Shown here: positions 40,490 to 54,300 of the stretch, in pieces | Layout: every line of letters starts with the position of its first letter | Position numbering within the stretch: position 1 is the stretch's first letter | NCBI RefSeq assembly: GCF_006345805.1 | Contig: NC_043021.1 | Location: 5,828,001-5,892,000, forward strand | Direction of reading: 5' to 3' | DNA: 64,000 bases | Source of the DNA: Octopus sinensis | Taxonomy: Eukaryota | Position numbers and translations under genes: made by a program | The notes under the pieces: model-generated | Databases searched by the model: none | What the model was told of the DNA's origin: nothing | The model's input: the letters and a program-made list of their open reading frames with translations, nothing else

Positions 40490-40718
40490 CGTGTACATGT
40501 ACATGTACATGTGTGTGTGTACATAGGGCGAGTGTAAGTGTAAGGCGGTGTCGTGTGGGTGGTGGTGGTGAGAAAGAGAGGTGGGGGGTAAATAGTGTTT
40601 AGTTTGTCATCCCAGATCCCAGTCCATCACAGCAGTATCAGTTTGTCTGTCACTAAGGTCGTTTCTGTTGTTTCTTTGCCCCGTCTACTCCCTTATTATC
40701 TCTTCCATTCTCATCCCA

Positions 40719-40772
<54 letters not shown>

Positions 40773-41275
40773 CAGACACACACACACACAAGTAAGACAT
40801 AGAATAGAGACAGTTTTTCTCAACGAATATTCTCTGAGAAAAAGAAAATAATAATAAGAACTAAAATTAACCAAATAAACAAACAGTTTATAAACCTTCC
40901 CTACAGAGAAACACTCGTGCTCGCCTGTCCTAGAAAAGTTTGCAAGAATATCTCTCCCTCTCTCATCTTATTCTTTGAAAGAAACGAAGAAACTTTTGAT
41001 AAAACGATAAGCAAAAAGAAAGAAAGAAAGAAAGAAAGATACGGAGAAGGAGAGCGGGAGATATTGAAAGTCTCAAAAACCCCTTTTTTTAGTGAAGAAA
41101 AAAAAGGGGGGGAACAAAAGAGGGGAAAGAAACTGAAAAATACTTCAAAAGGCAAACGCACACACAAAAGTAATAATAATAATAATAATAAAGAATCAAA
41201 GACGTCCAAATTCTTCACATTGGCTCTCTTTAGAGCTGTGTATAGGTTCCCTCTTTCTTTCAATTCCAAAGACAA

Positions 41276-41614
41276 ATGGTTACTTTATTACCGCCTCTAC
41301 CCATCTTTCGGCGATGCTTGCCCCACGTTTTCTTTTTCTCGTCTTTCTTCTTCTTCTTTGCGAATTGTTCCACTAATGGAAGAACAACAACGAAAGGAAT
41401 CGTCATACGGCACTTACTGTCGCAGACGGCAGCTACGGACTTGGACGGCAGAAGTTCGCACCCGACCGAAGAAGCCCCAGTTGGTCTACTAGTCAGCACC
41501 GCTGCCGCCTCTGCTACCACCATTACTACTACCACCACCACACCCGCCGACGTTAATGCGGGTGGTGATAGCGCTTGGGGTGGGATTTGGCCCAGGAACC
41601 ACTTCGAAGGTGTG
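41276..41614 (+). CDS. MMP exon 1 (signal peptide plus Thr/Ala-rich extension)
   Basis: MVTLLPPL..hydrophobic FFFSSFFFFFA..NHFEGV|gtaagt; phase 0 matches exon 2. Confidence 0.78.
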
Positions 41615-44078
41615 GTAAGTCCAATATTTTTTCTTTTTTTTTCTTTTTTGCACAAATGTTAATATTGCGGCCACCACAACCTTGAGCCGGCGAAGAAAAT
41701 CTACTCAGTCATTTGACCTGCTAGAAATAACAGCCAAATCTCTTTCCAATCATACCTTATTCCCTATTTTCCCCTTTTAAATGTACATGTGAGATAATGT
41801 GGCCCTGGGTTTCCTGCACATACCAAAAAAGTTGGATGGTCACGGCTGTATAGTCTTTGGTTATAATATTTGCTCGATCAGGGTTGACCTGGTCAAAACA
41901 AAACAACGACTCTTGTGTAGCGATTGTTCGGCCCCTTGTTACAATGACATAGGATGGGGTATACGGGCAGCACAGAGGGACCACTTTATTACACATGTGT
42001 TTTGCTGTATGTAGTTGATAGAATGTTACATTTAAAGAAGAGGGAGACCAATTCGGTTATTGCAGAAGACGGCCCAAAACCACGCTGCTCCACCGACTCC
42101 ATTCCGGCCTCGACAGGACTGCCTCTCTTCAGAACACAAGAAATTGAAAAGGGGCAACCAAACTGAAAAGATCCCTATATTATCCAAAATTGTCTTTCCC
42201 ATTTTTCCTAAAGACAGAAAGGGCGTAAGGTGAAAGATTTGGCTGCTATTTCTAGCAGGTCGAGTGACCTCATGAAGACTACCACGTTTATTATTGTTGT
42301 CATTTAGCCCCAGGTCAGCTCTCATCGAGCAGAGTTATGATTAAAGGCGTTCACACTGTCACGCCTGCATCTAAGAGAATTTAATAGATCACATTTTAAA
42401 AATCTGCGTGTCAGGTTCAGGAGTGGCTGTGTGGTGAGTAGCTTGCTTACTAACCACATGGTTCCAGGTTCAGTCCCACTGTGTGGCACCTTGGGCAAGT
42501 GTCTTCTACTATAGCCTCGGGCCGACCAAAGCCTTGTGAGTGGATTTGGTAAACAGAATATATGTATATGTATATATATGTGTGTGTTTGTGTGTCTGTG
42601 TTTGTCCCCCCAACATCGATGCTGGTGTGATTACGTCCCCGTAACTTAGCGGTTCGGCAAAAGAGACCGATACAATAGGTACTAGCCTTATAAAGAATAA
42701 GTCTTGGGGTCGATTTGCTTGTCTAAAGGTGGTGCTCCAGCATGGCCACAGTCAAATAACTGAAACAAGTAAAAGAGTAAAAGAGAGTGACAGCAGTATT
42801 GTTTTTCTTGAAATTAATTAATCATTAAGATAATGTGTATTTTTTTCCTACTCACTACAGACATAATTTGTAGTAAATCCGAGTATCTGTCTCTATTAAG
42901 TATGCTAGCATCCACTTAATGCTTTTGTTTTACATGCAGAGGGGGACCCTGCAGCCCTATTGCATCTCCTTGTTATTCCCATAGTTGTTAGTTTGGATGT
43001 TGCTGATGTTATAACTATTATTTAGTTGTGTTTGTTGTTTAGTTCTGGGTCAGCTACAATCCAGTGGATATTATGATCAAAGGGGTGCCCCAGCATGGCC
43101 ACAGTCCAGTGACTGAAACAAGTAAAAGAGAACCTACTTTATATTTCTTCAGAAGTGGTGTGAGTGGTGTATCTAGAGTAATACACATCTAATGTGACAT
43201 TCCAATTATGAAAGACAATAAACTATATCACTTAATGGCCTCCTGCCATGTGGGTATGGTCTGGCAGGAGAACTGTCTACTTTGGTATGGTTTTTACAGC
43301 TGGATGCCCTTCCTAGCACCAACCACTTTACAAAGTGTACTGGGCGCTTTTTTATGTGGCACCAGCATCGATAAGGATACCCAGTAACTTGCAAGAAAAA
43401 CCCTCGAGTGAGGGTGGCACGTAAAAAGCACCAACCGATCATGGCCGTTGCCAGCCTTGCCTGGCACCTGTGCCAGTGGCACGTAAAAAGCACCCACTAC
43501 ACTCATGGAGTGGTTGGCGGTATGAAGGGCATCCAGCTGAAGAAGCACTGCCAGATCAGACTGGAGCTTGGTGCAACCTTCTGGCTTCCCAGACCCCGGT
43601 CGAACAGTCCAACCCATGCTAGCATGGAAAACGGATGTTAAATGATGATGATGATGATGAGCAAGGAGTAGTATCAAGGGAGGTGGCTTTATGCCAGGTG
43701 ATAGAGATTAGGGTATGTAAAGAGTGACAGAAATAGGTATCTTGCAGTATAGGAAATACATAGGTACCTCAGGTAGAGAGAGATAAAGAGAGAGGATAGG
43801 GAAGAGATGATGATGTGATGGGGCATACACTCAAGTTCCAGTGGAACCAAGAAATGGGTAGGTAAAGTTAGTGAGATTGTAAAAGGAGAGTTAGAGATGT
43901 AAGAGAGAGGGAGATATGTAGTGAGTGGGTACAGGTAGAGAGAGGGGGTGTTGGGAGGATATGTTATGGGGAAAAGATTTGACAGGGACACATTGTATGC
44001 AGGTAGGTTTGTGAAGATGCAAAGGGAGAGTGGGAGATAGAGAGGAGGGGAATACAGCAAGTGGTATGTGTGTGTGTT

Positions 44079-44160
<82 letters not shown>

Positions 44161-44498
44161 TTTATTCAAAGCAGCAGAAAATTCAACAAAAACCTGTTAC
44201 TCTGAGTTTCCCGTTGCCGTTCGTCAGACAGTTTTTGCTAGAATGGAACCGATATGTGGATTCTATCCAGACTATTGTAAACGCTACACCTTTAAAAAAA
44301 TGGACTTGTTTGATTGGCCCTGATAGAATCCACATATCGGTTCCATTCTAGCAAAAACTGTCTGACGAACGGCAACGGGAAACTCAGAGTAACAGGCTTT
44401 TGTTGAATTTTCTGCTGCTTTGAATAAAGCATATTTCTCTACCACTGGTATTTGAGTACTCTTTTTTCCACCTTGTTTCACATTTATGTGTTTACTCC

Positions 44499-44553
<55 letters not shown>

Positions 44554-46378
44554 ATATTTAGCATGCTTGGGTATATTTGAACATGATAAGACCTTTTGCT
44601 GCAGATATAGTCCCAAGAAAAAATTCAATAGTCCCTCAGATAGAAGTCAACACATTGTTTCCCAGAATGAGGTCAAGAATCTCCCTAAAATAGGTCAATT
44701 GTTCCCTGGAACATAAGACAATAAAACCACAAAGTTTATTTCCTTCATTGATTTGCCTTTTTATTCTTTTATTCTAGAATTATCTAATACGGTATGGCTA
44801 CCTCCATCCTGGTTATGGTTGGTTCCTTGGCAATACTGAAGCCAAGATTGAACTTCAAGCTGCTCTCCAGAGATACCAAAGAGTTGCAGGAATAACAGTT
44901 ACAGGTTAGACTTGTATTTTTTATTGATTTTTACCGATTTTTATTGAGTGTCGTTGATTTTTTTTTATTAGTTATTTACATTTTAAGAATCTTTATTGAC
45001 TTTTGTCCATTATTATTGATGTTGTTGGTTGCTATGGTTTCTTATAAGTGTTGTTCTGAAAGTGTTGTTCCAAAAGTGTTGTTCTGAAAGTGTCATTCTG
45101 AAAGTGTTGTTCTGAAAGTGTTGTTCTAAAAGTGTTAAGTGTTGTTCGGAAAGTGTTGTTCGGAAAGTGTTTTTCTGAAAGTGTTGCTCTGAAAGTGTTG
45201 CTCTGAAAGTGTTGTTCTGAAAGTGTTGTTCTGAAAGTGTTGTTCTGAAAGTGTTCTTCTGAAAGTGTTGCTCTGAAAGTGTTGCTCTGAAAGTGTTGTT
45301 TTGAAAGTGTTGTTCTGAAAATGTTGTTCTGAAAGTGTTGTTCTGAAAGTGTTGTTCTGAAAGTGTTGTTCTAAAAGTGTTGTTCTGAAAGTGTTGTTCT
45401 GAAAGTGTTGTTCTGAAAGTGTTGTTCTTGTATACAACAAAAGCTTGGCCTCCAAACACATCATTTACTAACCGACATTTTGTGTTTTTTCTCAAGGAGG
45501 TATTGAGTATCATTTGGAATGGAATTGAAAGCTGATGTCAGTGGTTGATTGAATGGTGTGTGTGTGTGTGGGAGGTGGGGCTTTTTTTATATTATTATTC
45601 AAGCCATCCTGTGTCTTCACAGGCTTTGCAAGTAGCTTGGTGGCCGAGTGGTGTAATCTGAATTTGTGTTATGAATCGGAGCATGTGCATTTTGTGATCT
45701 TTCGAGGGTGTGTGCATAGGAAGGTAATGGATTTGAATGATATTAGTCTTTTTGTTCTTGTCGTTGTTGTTGTGAAAATTTCAGTTGTTCTAACATTGTT
45801 GTAAATAACTGCCGGAAATGAGGAGGAAAGAGATAAACTGTCCACACCCACATTACACTCTCTCTTCCCCCCTCTCTCTCTTCCTCTCACTCTCTCTTCC
45901 TCTCATTCTCTCTTCCTCTCACCCTCTCTTCCTCTCATGCTCTCTCCCTCTTCCTCTCTCTCTCTCTCTCTCTTTCTCTCCCCGCTACTCATCCAACACA
46001 CCCATATGCAAACTTACACACACGCACAACCTGAATCCCACCACCTGCTAATTGAGGATGTCACTGGTTATTTCGGTGAATAATAAAGGCATCCTCCTTT
46101 CCCTCCTCTCCCTGCCCCCTCCTCGTCATCATCATCATCACCATCACTATCATGACCAACATCATCATCATCATCAGGATCATGATCATGATCACCATCA
46201 TGATCACCATCATCATCACCATCATCATCACCACCATCATCATCACCATCATCATCATCATCATCATCATAATTCTCATCCTCCTCCTCCTCATCATCCT
46301 CATCATCATCCTCATCATCATCCTCATCATCATCATCATCATCGTCATCATCCTCATCATCACCATCCTCATCATCAC

Positions 46379-46423
<45 letters not shown>

Positions 46424-47565
46424 TACTATTAAGGTGGTGAGCTGGCAGAATCATTAGCTCACCGGGTGAAATGCTTAGTGGTATTTTGTCTGCCATTACG
46501 TTCTGAGTTCAAATTCCACCAAGGTCGACTTTGCTTTCAGCTTTTCAAGGTCAGTAGATTAAGTACCAGCGAAACACTGGGGTCGGTGTAATCGACTATT
46601 CCCCTCCATCAAAATTTCAGGCCTTGTTCCTATAGTAGATAAGATTATTATTATTATTATTATTACATCTCTTCACATTACTGTCACTGCTACCACCACC
46701 ACCACCACTGCCACCATCACGACCAACCACCACCACTAGTTAAACAACAACAACCCTGATTATTACATCTAAGGTGCAGGAGTGGCTGCATGGTAAGTAG
46801 CTTGTTTATCAACCACATGGTTCTGGGTTCAGTTCCACTGTGTGGCACCTTGGGCAAGTGTCTTCTACTATAGCCTTGGGCCAACCAAAGCCTTGGGAGT
46901 GGATTTGGTAGACGGAAACTGAAAGAAGCCTGTCGCATATATGTATATGTATATATATATGTGTGCGTGTTCGTGTGTCTGTGTTTGTTCCCCCAACATC
47001 GCTTGACAACCGATGCTGGTGTGTTTACGTCCCCATAACTTAGTGGTTTGGCAAAAGAGAACGATAGAATAAGTACTATGCTTACAAAGATAAGTTCTGA
47101 GATCGATTTGCTCGACTAAAGGTGGTGCTCAAGCATGGCCACAGTCAAATGACTGAAACAAATTTGTAAAGAGAGATATATGTTTAAGAAGTAATTAAAC
47201 TCACGAAGTGCATTTGGCAGTAAAACTTTGTCTCAGAAAAAACCCCTCCAACCCATGCCAGCATGGAAAAGTGGATGTAAAGTGATGCTGCTGCCATTGG
47301 TTATGATGATGAAATGTGCTAACAAAGCAGTTTCAGTAAGGTTGCTCAACCAGCTAGAAATATCAGCTAAACTACCACCCTCTTAAAGAAGGCAGGACAT
47401 ACAGGCACAGGCATGGCTGAGTGGTAAGAAGCTTGCTTCCCAACCTCATGGTTCCAGGTTCTGTCCCTCTGCATGCCACCTTGGGCAAGTGTCTTCTACT
47501 ATAGCTTTGGGTCGACCAAAGCCGTATGAGTGGATTTGGTAAATGGAAACTGAAAGAAGCTTGCT

Positions 47566-47596
<31 letters not shown>

Positions 47597-50500
47597 CATA
47601 CACACACACACATATAAGTGTGTGTGTATGTCTTTGTGTCTGTTTGTCCCCCACCACCGCTTGACAACTGGTGTTGGTGTATTTATGTCCCCATAACTTA
47701 GCGGTTTGGCAAATAGGTTAGTTTTGACTTAAATTACCTCAAGGCAGTGCTGCAGCATGGCCAATGTCACATGATTGAAACAAGTAAAAGATAAGCAATA
47801 AAAGATATTAGATTAGGCGTAGGAGTGGCTGTGTGGTAAGTAGCTTGTTTATGAACCACATGGTTCTGGGTTCAGTCCCACTGCGTGACACCTTGGGCAA
47901 GTGTCTTCTACTATAGCCTCGGGTCAACCAAAACCTTGTGAGTGGATTTGGTAGACGGAAACTGAAAGAAGCCCGTCGTATATGTGTATATATATGTATG
48001 TGTGTGTGTGTGTGTGTGTATGTTTGTGTGTCTGTGTTTGTCCCCCCCAACATCTCTTGACAACCGATGCTGGTGTGTTTACGTCACCATAACTTAGCGG
48101 TTCGGCAAAAGCGACCGATAGAATAAGTCCTGGGGTCGATTTGCACGACTAAAGGCGGTGCTCCAGCATGGCCACAAACAAGTGAAATAGTAAATAGTAA
48201 ATAGATTCACTTTGAAGCAGAGGATAACCATCGCTGAAATGGTTTGCTGGATCAAGCTTGACCTAGGGTTAAACACACAACAACACAAATAGCAAAAATG
48301 ATTATAATAACAACAACAATTGTCATATCATATATTTAAAATTAACTGATGTAAAAAAAAAAATGGGGAGCAAAAAGGAGGAGGAGGAAAGGAGGTGATG
48401 CTGGTGGGGGTCGGTGGAAATGTGGCTGGTCTGCTGTTTATCATCTTCAAGCAATTTTTTTCCAACAATTGGGTTTTCCTGCTCTCTCTTTGACCTTTTA
48501 TAAATATGCACCAAGTAACCTTTGATCTGTGTGACCTTTCCTACATCTTACACCCACCTCCTTTTGCCTTCCACTTGTTCTCTACCCTATCTAGGAGCTT
48601 AGTTATATTGTGTGTATGTGTTAAGGATATATATTATATATGCTTGTGCATATGTATATATGTATGGATGTATCATATCTATATGTATATATATACACAT
48701 AAATATATATATAATATAAATAATATATATATGATAGATCGTTAGCCACTACACATATTTTTTTTCTCTCCTTGTTTTCTGTGTCCCTTTCTGTAGAAGA
48801 GCATAGGCTCGAAACGTAAAAGACTTTTTCTATTCCTGAGCGTTATACTAATACATCTGTTTGTTTTGTACACCACCTGTCTTTGTCTTTTGTTGTTTTT
48901 TTCGTAAACTCTCCCTATATATATATAACTAATAAACCTCACCAAAAAATATAAGAATACTCTTTTAAATTAGTAGAATGGTAAGCTAGAATATAATACT
49001 AAAGAACCCACAGGAACCTTATCTCCCTTTAAGACCAAACCCAGCAATAAATACATAACTGGATGAGGTAATCTTCAGGTCACAAGGAAATATGACTATT
49101 TATAGTAACACCAACACCTCATAAAGGTGTGTAACTGGTACTTAATTTACTGACCCCGAAAAGATGAAAGGTAAAGTCGACCTCGGCAGAATTCGAACTC
49201 AGAACGTAATAGCAGATGAAACACCGCTAAGCATTTCACCCGGCGTGATTCAGGCATAGTGTATCTAGGACTATATCTAATGTATCCTTTTTTAAGGACT
49301 TGTTAGTTAACCCTTTTGTTGGCACATTTATGTTGAAATACTCTGCCTTTGATTCACATAATTTTGAAAATAATAAAGAATTTAATTAAACAGATTTCTC
49401 ATGATTAATCAGGTGTTTGGAAATTTTGATGAAAAGTTTAAATTTAGATTGCTTTTAAACAAGGAATTTTTATCATAGAACCAAGGAGTTTCAGGTGGGT
49501 CAGTATGAGAATGGTTAAGAAAGATTTGGTTTATAATATTTTGTTCTATTTTATGCAGGTTTCTTTGATGAAAATACATTTAAAATGATGAGGAAAAAAC
49601 GATGTGGTGTTCCAGATATGAATTATGCACCAAGTTTAGGCCTGAGAGAAGCTATTTCTCCACGTCGCAAGCGAAGATTTGCTTTACAAGGTAAGTGGTC
49701 AGTGAATGTACCCACTACTTCTGCTCTTCATCAGAGATACACATATCATCAGAAGATCTTCTGGGAAGTGGTAAGTAGCTTGTCTACCAACCACATGGTT
49801 CCGGGTTCAGTCCCACTGCGTAGCAACTTGGGCAAGTGTCTTCTACTATAGCCTCGGGCCGACCAAAGCCTTGTGAGTGGATTTGGTAGACGGAAACTGA
49901 AAAGAAGCCCGTCGTATATATGTATATATATATATATATATATGCATGTGTGTGTTTGTGTGTCTGTGTTTGTCCCCTAGCATTGCTTGACAACCGATGC
50001 TGGTGTGTTTATGTCCCCGATACTTAGCAGTTCGGCAAAAGAGACCGATAGAATAAGTAGTGGGCTTACAAAAGAATAAGTCCCGGGGTCGAGTTGCTCG
50101 ATTAAAGGCGGTGCTCCAGCATGGCCACAGACAAATGACTGAAACAAGTAAAAGAGTAAAAGAGAGAGAGCAATAGATTTCACGACACCATATCACTGCC
50201 ACAAAATCATAATCACAGCATCACCAATAAATTGGAAATGTGTTTACAGGCTTATATGATATACCACATGGTGTGAGACAAATTTGGGAAGTTTTATAAT
50301 GGCGATACTTTCCACTATCTACACACCAGAATAAAGAACACATCCATATGAATACCTGAGCAGTTAATAAAATATATTAAAAAATGCCATATAGGTGCAG
50401 GAGTGGCTGTGTGGTAAGTAGCTTGCTTACCAACCACACGGCTCCGGGTTCAGTCCCACTGCATGGCACCTTGGGCAAGTGTCTTCTACTATAGCCTCGG

Positions 50501-51300
50501 GCCAACCAAAGCCTTGTGAGTGGATTTGGTAGACGGAAACTGAAAGAAGCCTGCCGTATATATGTATATATATGTATGTGTGTGTGTATTTGTTTGTGTC
50601 TGCGTTTGTCCCCCCAACATCACTTGACAACCGATGCTGGTGTGTTTACGTCCCCTGTAACTTAGCGGTTCGGTAAAAAAGAGACCGATAGAATAAGTAC
50701 TGGGCTTACAAAAGAATAAGTCCCGGGGTCGATTTGCTCGACTAAAGGCGGTGCTCCAGCATGGCTGCAGTCAAATGACTGTGAAACAAGTAAAAGGGTA
50801 AAAGAGAGAGAGAGAGAGAGAGAGTAACCAGAACATTACCATTCACCATCAAAGCAGTGAGCAAAAATCTTGAGAACATTGTACATCTATAACTACATTA
50901 CTCAATGAAGTCTTAGTATTGAGAATGTGTAATTTCACTGCAAATAGAAATCACCAGAAATTTCAAATGTTGTGTATATCTCATTCAAAACAGAACATCT
51001 ACATACATACATTGGATCACTCTGAATATGCAGATGTGCTTCACAGAACACAGCTTGGATGACTGTCCCTTATATACACCAACACACACACACACACACA
51101 CTGATGCCACAGCCACATAACTGACACTTTGTGCCAGTGGCACATAAGTTTGTGTATATATTTGTATATTTGTCTGTTCAATCTTTATAGGGTCAAAGTG
51201 GAAGCATCGTGAAATTACATACAAGGTCAGTGACTATCCCCAAAACCTGTCCCACCATGATGTGGATGCTACCATAAACGCTGCATTCAAGGTAAGAAAC

Positions 51301-51362
<62 letters not shown>

Positions 51363-54300
51363 AATTGGAAAAGCGTAAGACCGGTGGGGTCTGAGGGTAT
51401 CGGATGAAGAGCGGCGAGCTGGCAGAAACGTTAGCACGCCAGGCGAAATGCGTAGCCGTATTTCGTCTGCCGTTACATTCTGAGTTCAAATTCCGCCGAG
51501 GTAGACTTTGCCTTTCATCCTTTCGGGGTCGATAAATTAAGTACCAGTTACGCACTGGGGTCGATATAATCGACTTAATCCGTTTGTCTGTCCTTGTTAG
51601 TCCCCTCTGTGTTTAGCCCCTTGTGGGTAGTAAAGAAACAAATTATTATTATTATTATTATTATCGAGTGAGAGAGCAGTGCATGCCATCAAAGTGACAC
51701 TGGGGTAGAATATACGAAGCCCAGTATACCCATCATGACTACCCATCTGATAAGGGTACACCAGGCACATGCATCACAACCATAGGTGCGCAACATGGTG
51801 ATCTCATATCCAGATAAACAGCACTTGACCTTGCAGGTGGAGTTCAGTTAGAATTATCTTCAGGTCGAATAGTCCATCCCACTCAAAAGGTCCCTGAGTA
51901 AGGTTTGTTTTAAGGAGTGGCTGTGTGGTAAGTAGCTTGCTTACCAACCACATGGTTCCAGGTTCAGTCCCACTGCGTGGCATCTTTAGCAAATGTCTTC
52001 TACTATAGCCTAGGGCTGAACAAAGGCTTATGAGTGAATTTGGTAGATGGAAACTGAAAGAATCCCTTCTTATATATATGTATGTGTATGTTTGTGTGTC
52101 TGTGTTTGTCCCCCTAACATTGCTTGACAACCGATGCTGGTGTGTTTACGTCCCTGTAACTTAGCAGTGTGTGTGTGTGTCTGTGTCTGTGTGTGTGTAT
52201 ACGTGTCTGTGGAGGAATTACTCTTTTACTTGTTTCAGTCATTTGGAGCACCGCCTTTAATCGAGCAACTCGACCCCGGGACTTATTCTTTTGTAAGCCC
52301 AGTACTTATTCTATCGGTCTCTTTTGCCGAACCGCTAAGTAACGGGGACATAAACACACCAGCATCAGTTGTCAAGCAATGCTAGGGGGACAAACACGCA
52401 AACACACACACGCATATATATATATATACAACGGGCTTCTTTCAGTTTCCGTCTACCAAATCCACTCACAAGGCTTTGGTCGGCCCGAGGCTATAGTAGA
52501 AGACACTTGCCCAAGGTGCCACGCAGTGGGATTGAACCTGGAACCATGTGGTTGGTTAGCAAGCTACTTACCACACAGCCAGAGGAATTATATATTTTTA
52601 ACTCTTTTCTTACTTTACTTTTTCAGGTTTGGAGCAACATAACATTTCTACAGTTTACGTGGAAGCCAAGGGATATTGTAGACATCAACATCCGGTTCCT
52701 GTCTGGTAACCATGGTGACGGGATGCCATTCGATGGGCCAGATGGAATCACAGCTCATGCTTTCTTCCCAAACAGCAACAACGATGACTTTGATGGAGAT
52801 ATTCATTTTGATGCTGAAGAAAATTGGGTGCTGAGTAACAAAGCTGACCAAAAATCAGGTATTTGGGTAGATTCGGTAAATTTCATCCCTTCCTCATGGT
52901 GCCAAAGTTAAAAACCATTATTGTATAGGCAGGTGTTACAGGTTCAGCTCCAATGTGTGACCCCTTGGGCAAATATCTTCTACTATAGCCTTGGCCCAAC
53001 CAAAGCCTTGTGAGTGGAGTTCAAGAATGGAAACTGAAAGAAGCCCATCGTGTATATATGTCTGTGTGTGTGTGTTTGTGTGTGACTGTGTCTGTGTTTG
53101 TTCCCCACTGCTGCTTGACGACCGGTGTTGGTGTGTTTACATCCTTGTAACTAGGCAGTTTGACAAAAGAGAGAGAAAGAGAGATAGTGATGCGGTGTCG
53201 AGGTGTACCCTCGAGGTACAAGGAGGTGAATATAAATGGATAAAGGATTGGACAGGGTGCATGTGCAGAGAATTCAGAAGAGTGCAAAGGGGGAGAAGGG
53301 AAGGAAAGAGGGAATACAGTGGGGTGGGAGTGAAAGAAGTATATAAGGGAGCAACAGAATAACAGTGAAATGGTTGGTAGTAGTGAGGATACACTCTCTT
53401 TGAAAATCAGACAATTCTTTTGCTTCTGGTGCTCATAGCATGGCTAGTTGCTATAAACATTTAATATAATGAGAGGTAATATTTATACCCCTTAAATGCA
53501 GATGTTCTGTTAGAACAAACTATACTGTGGTAGATGCCATGAGAGAGGTTCTCATATTGACTTTTTGATGCAAAACACACTCTTGTTTATGTTGCTTGCG
53601 GGGTGATCTGGATCCACCAAGTCCAGTGCTGAGACTACCAGATCACATAATTTTGACTTTCCTTGGTCTAATCAATGAGGATGTTTGACTGCTAGAGATA
53701 GCAGCGACTCACCTCTCTGCTAATGAAATATAGATTAACAGTGCCAGAACTGGGCAACTGTCTTCTACTACAACCTTGGGCTGACCAAATCCTTGTTAGG
53801 GGATTTGGTAGATGGAAATTGAAAGAAGCCATCATATATGTGTGTGTGTGTATATATATCTACATATACATATATATTGTTATATATATATATATATATG
53901 TATCGATGTTTGTGAATTTTTGTGTCTGTGTTTGTCCTCCTGCCACCACTTGACAACCAGTGTCCATGTGTTTACATCCCCGTGACTTAGCAGTTTGGCA
54001 AAAGTGACTGACAGAATAAGTATCAGGTTTTGAAAAATAAGTACTAGGGGTCATTGCATTCGACTAAAAGTTCTTCAAAGTGGTGGCCCTCCATGGTCTC
54101 AAGTAAAAGATGAAAGAAGATTACAAAATGAAAGTGAAAGTGGTTTATAAAATTTATTTTATTTATTTATTTTATATAGTTTTAGCTCACGAGCTGTGGC
54201 CATGCTGGGGCACCGCCATTTGCTGGGGCACCGCCATATGTCTGTCTTTTAAATAGATGTCATGACTTTTTCATGTTGTAATTGTCTCAATTCACCAAAC

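Noticed and set aside
40917-41492. 191-aa Lys-rich ORF overlapping MMP exon 1
   Set aside because: Low-complexity purine-rich 5' UTR sequence in another frame with no recognisable domain; at most an upstream ORF.
45013-45513. 166-aa repetitive ORF (SEQHFQNNTFRTTL)n
   Set aside because: Translation of the 14-bp minisatellite; no splice or homology support.
52369-52626. N-terminal extension of the MMP catalytic-domain ORF
   Set aside because: Antisense SINE sequence read through into exon 5; the true acceptor is tttcag ending at 52626.
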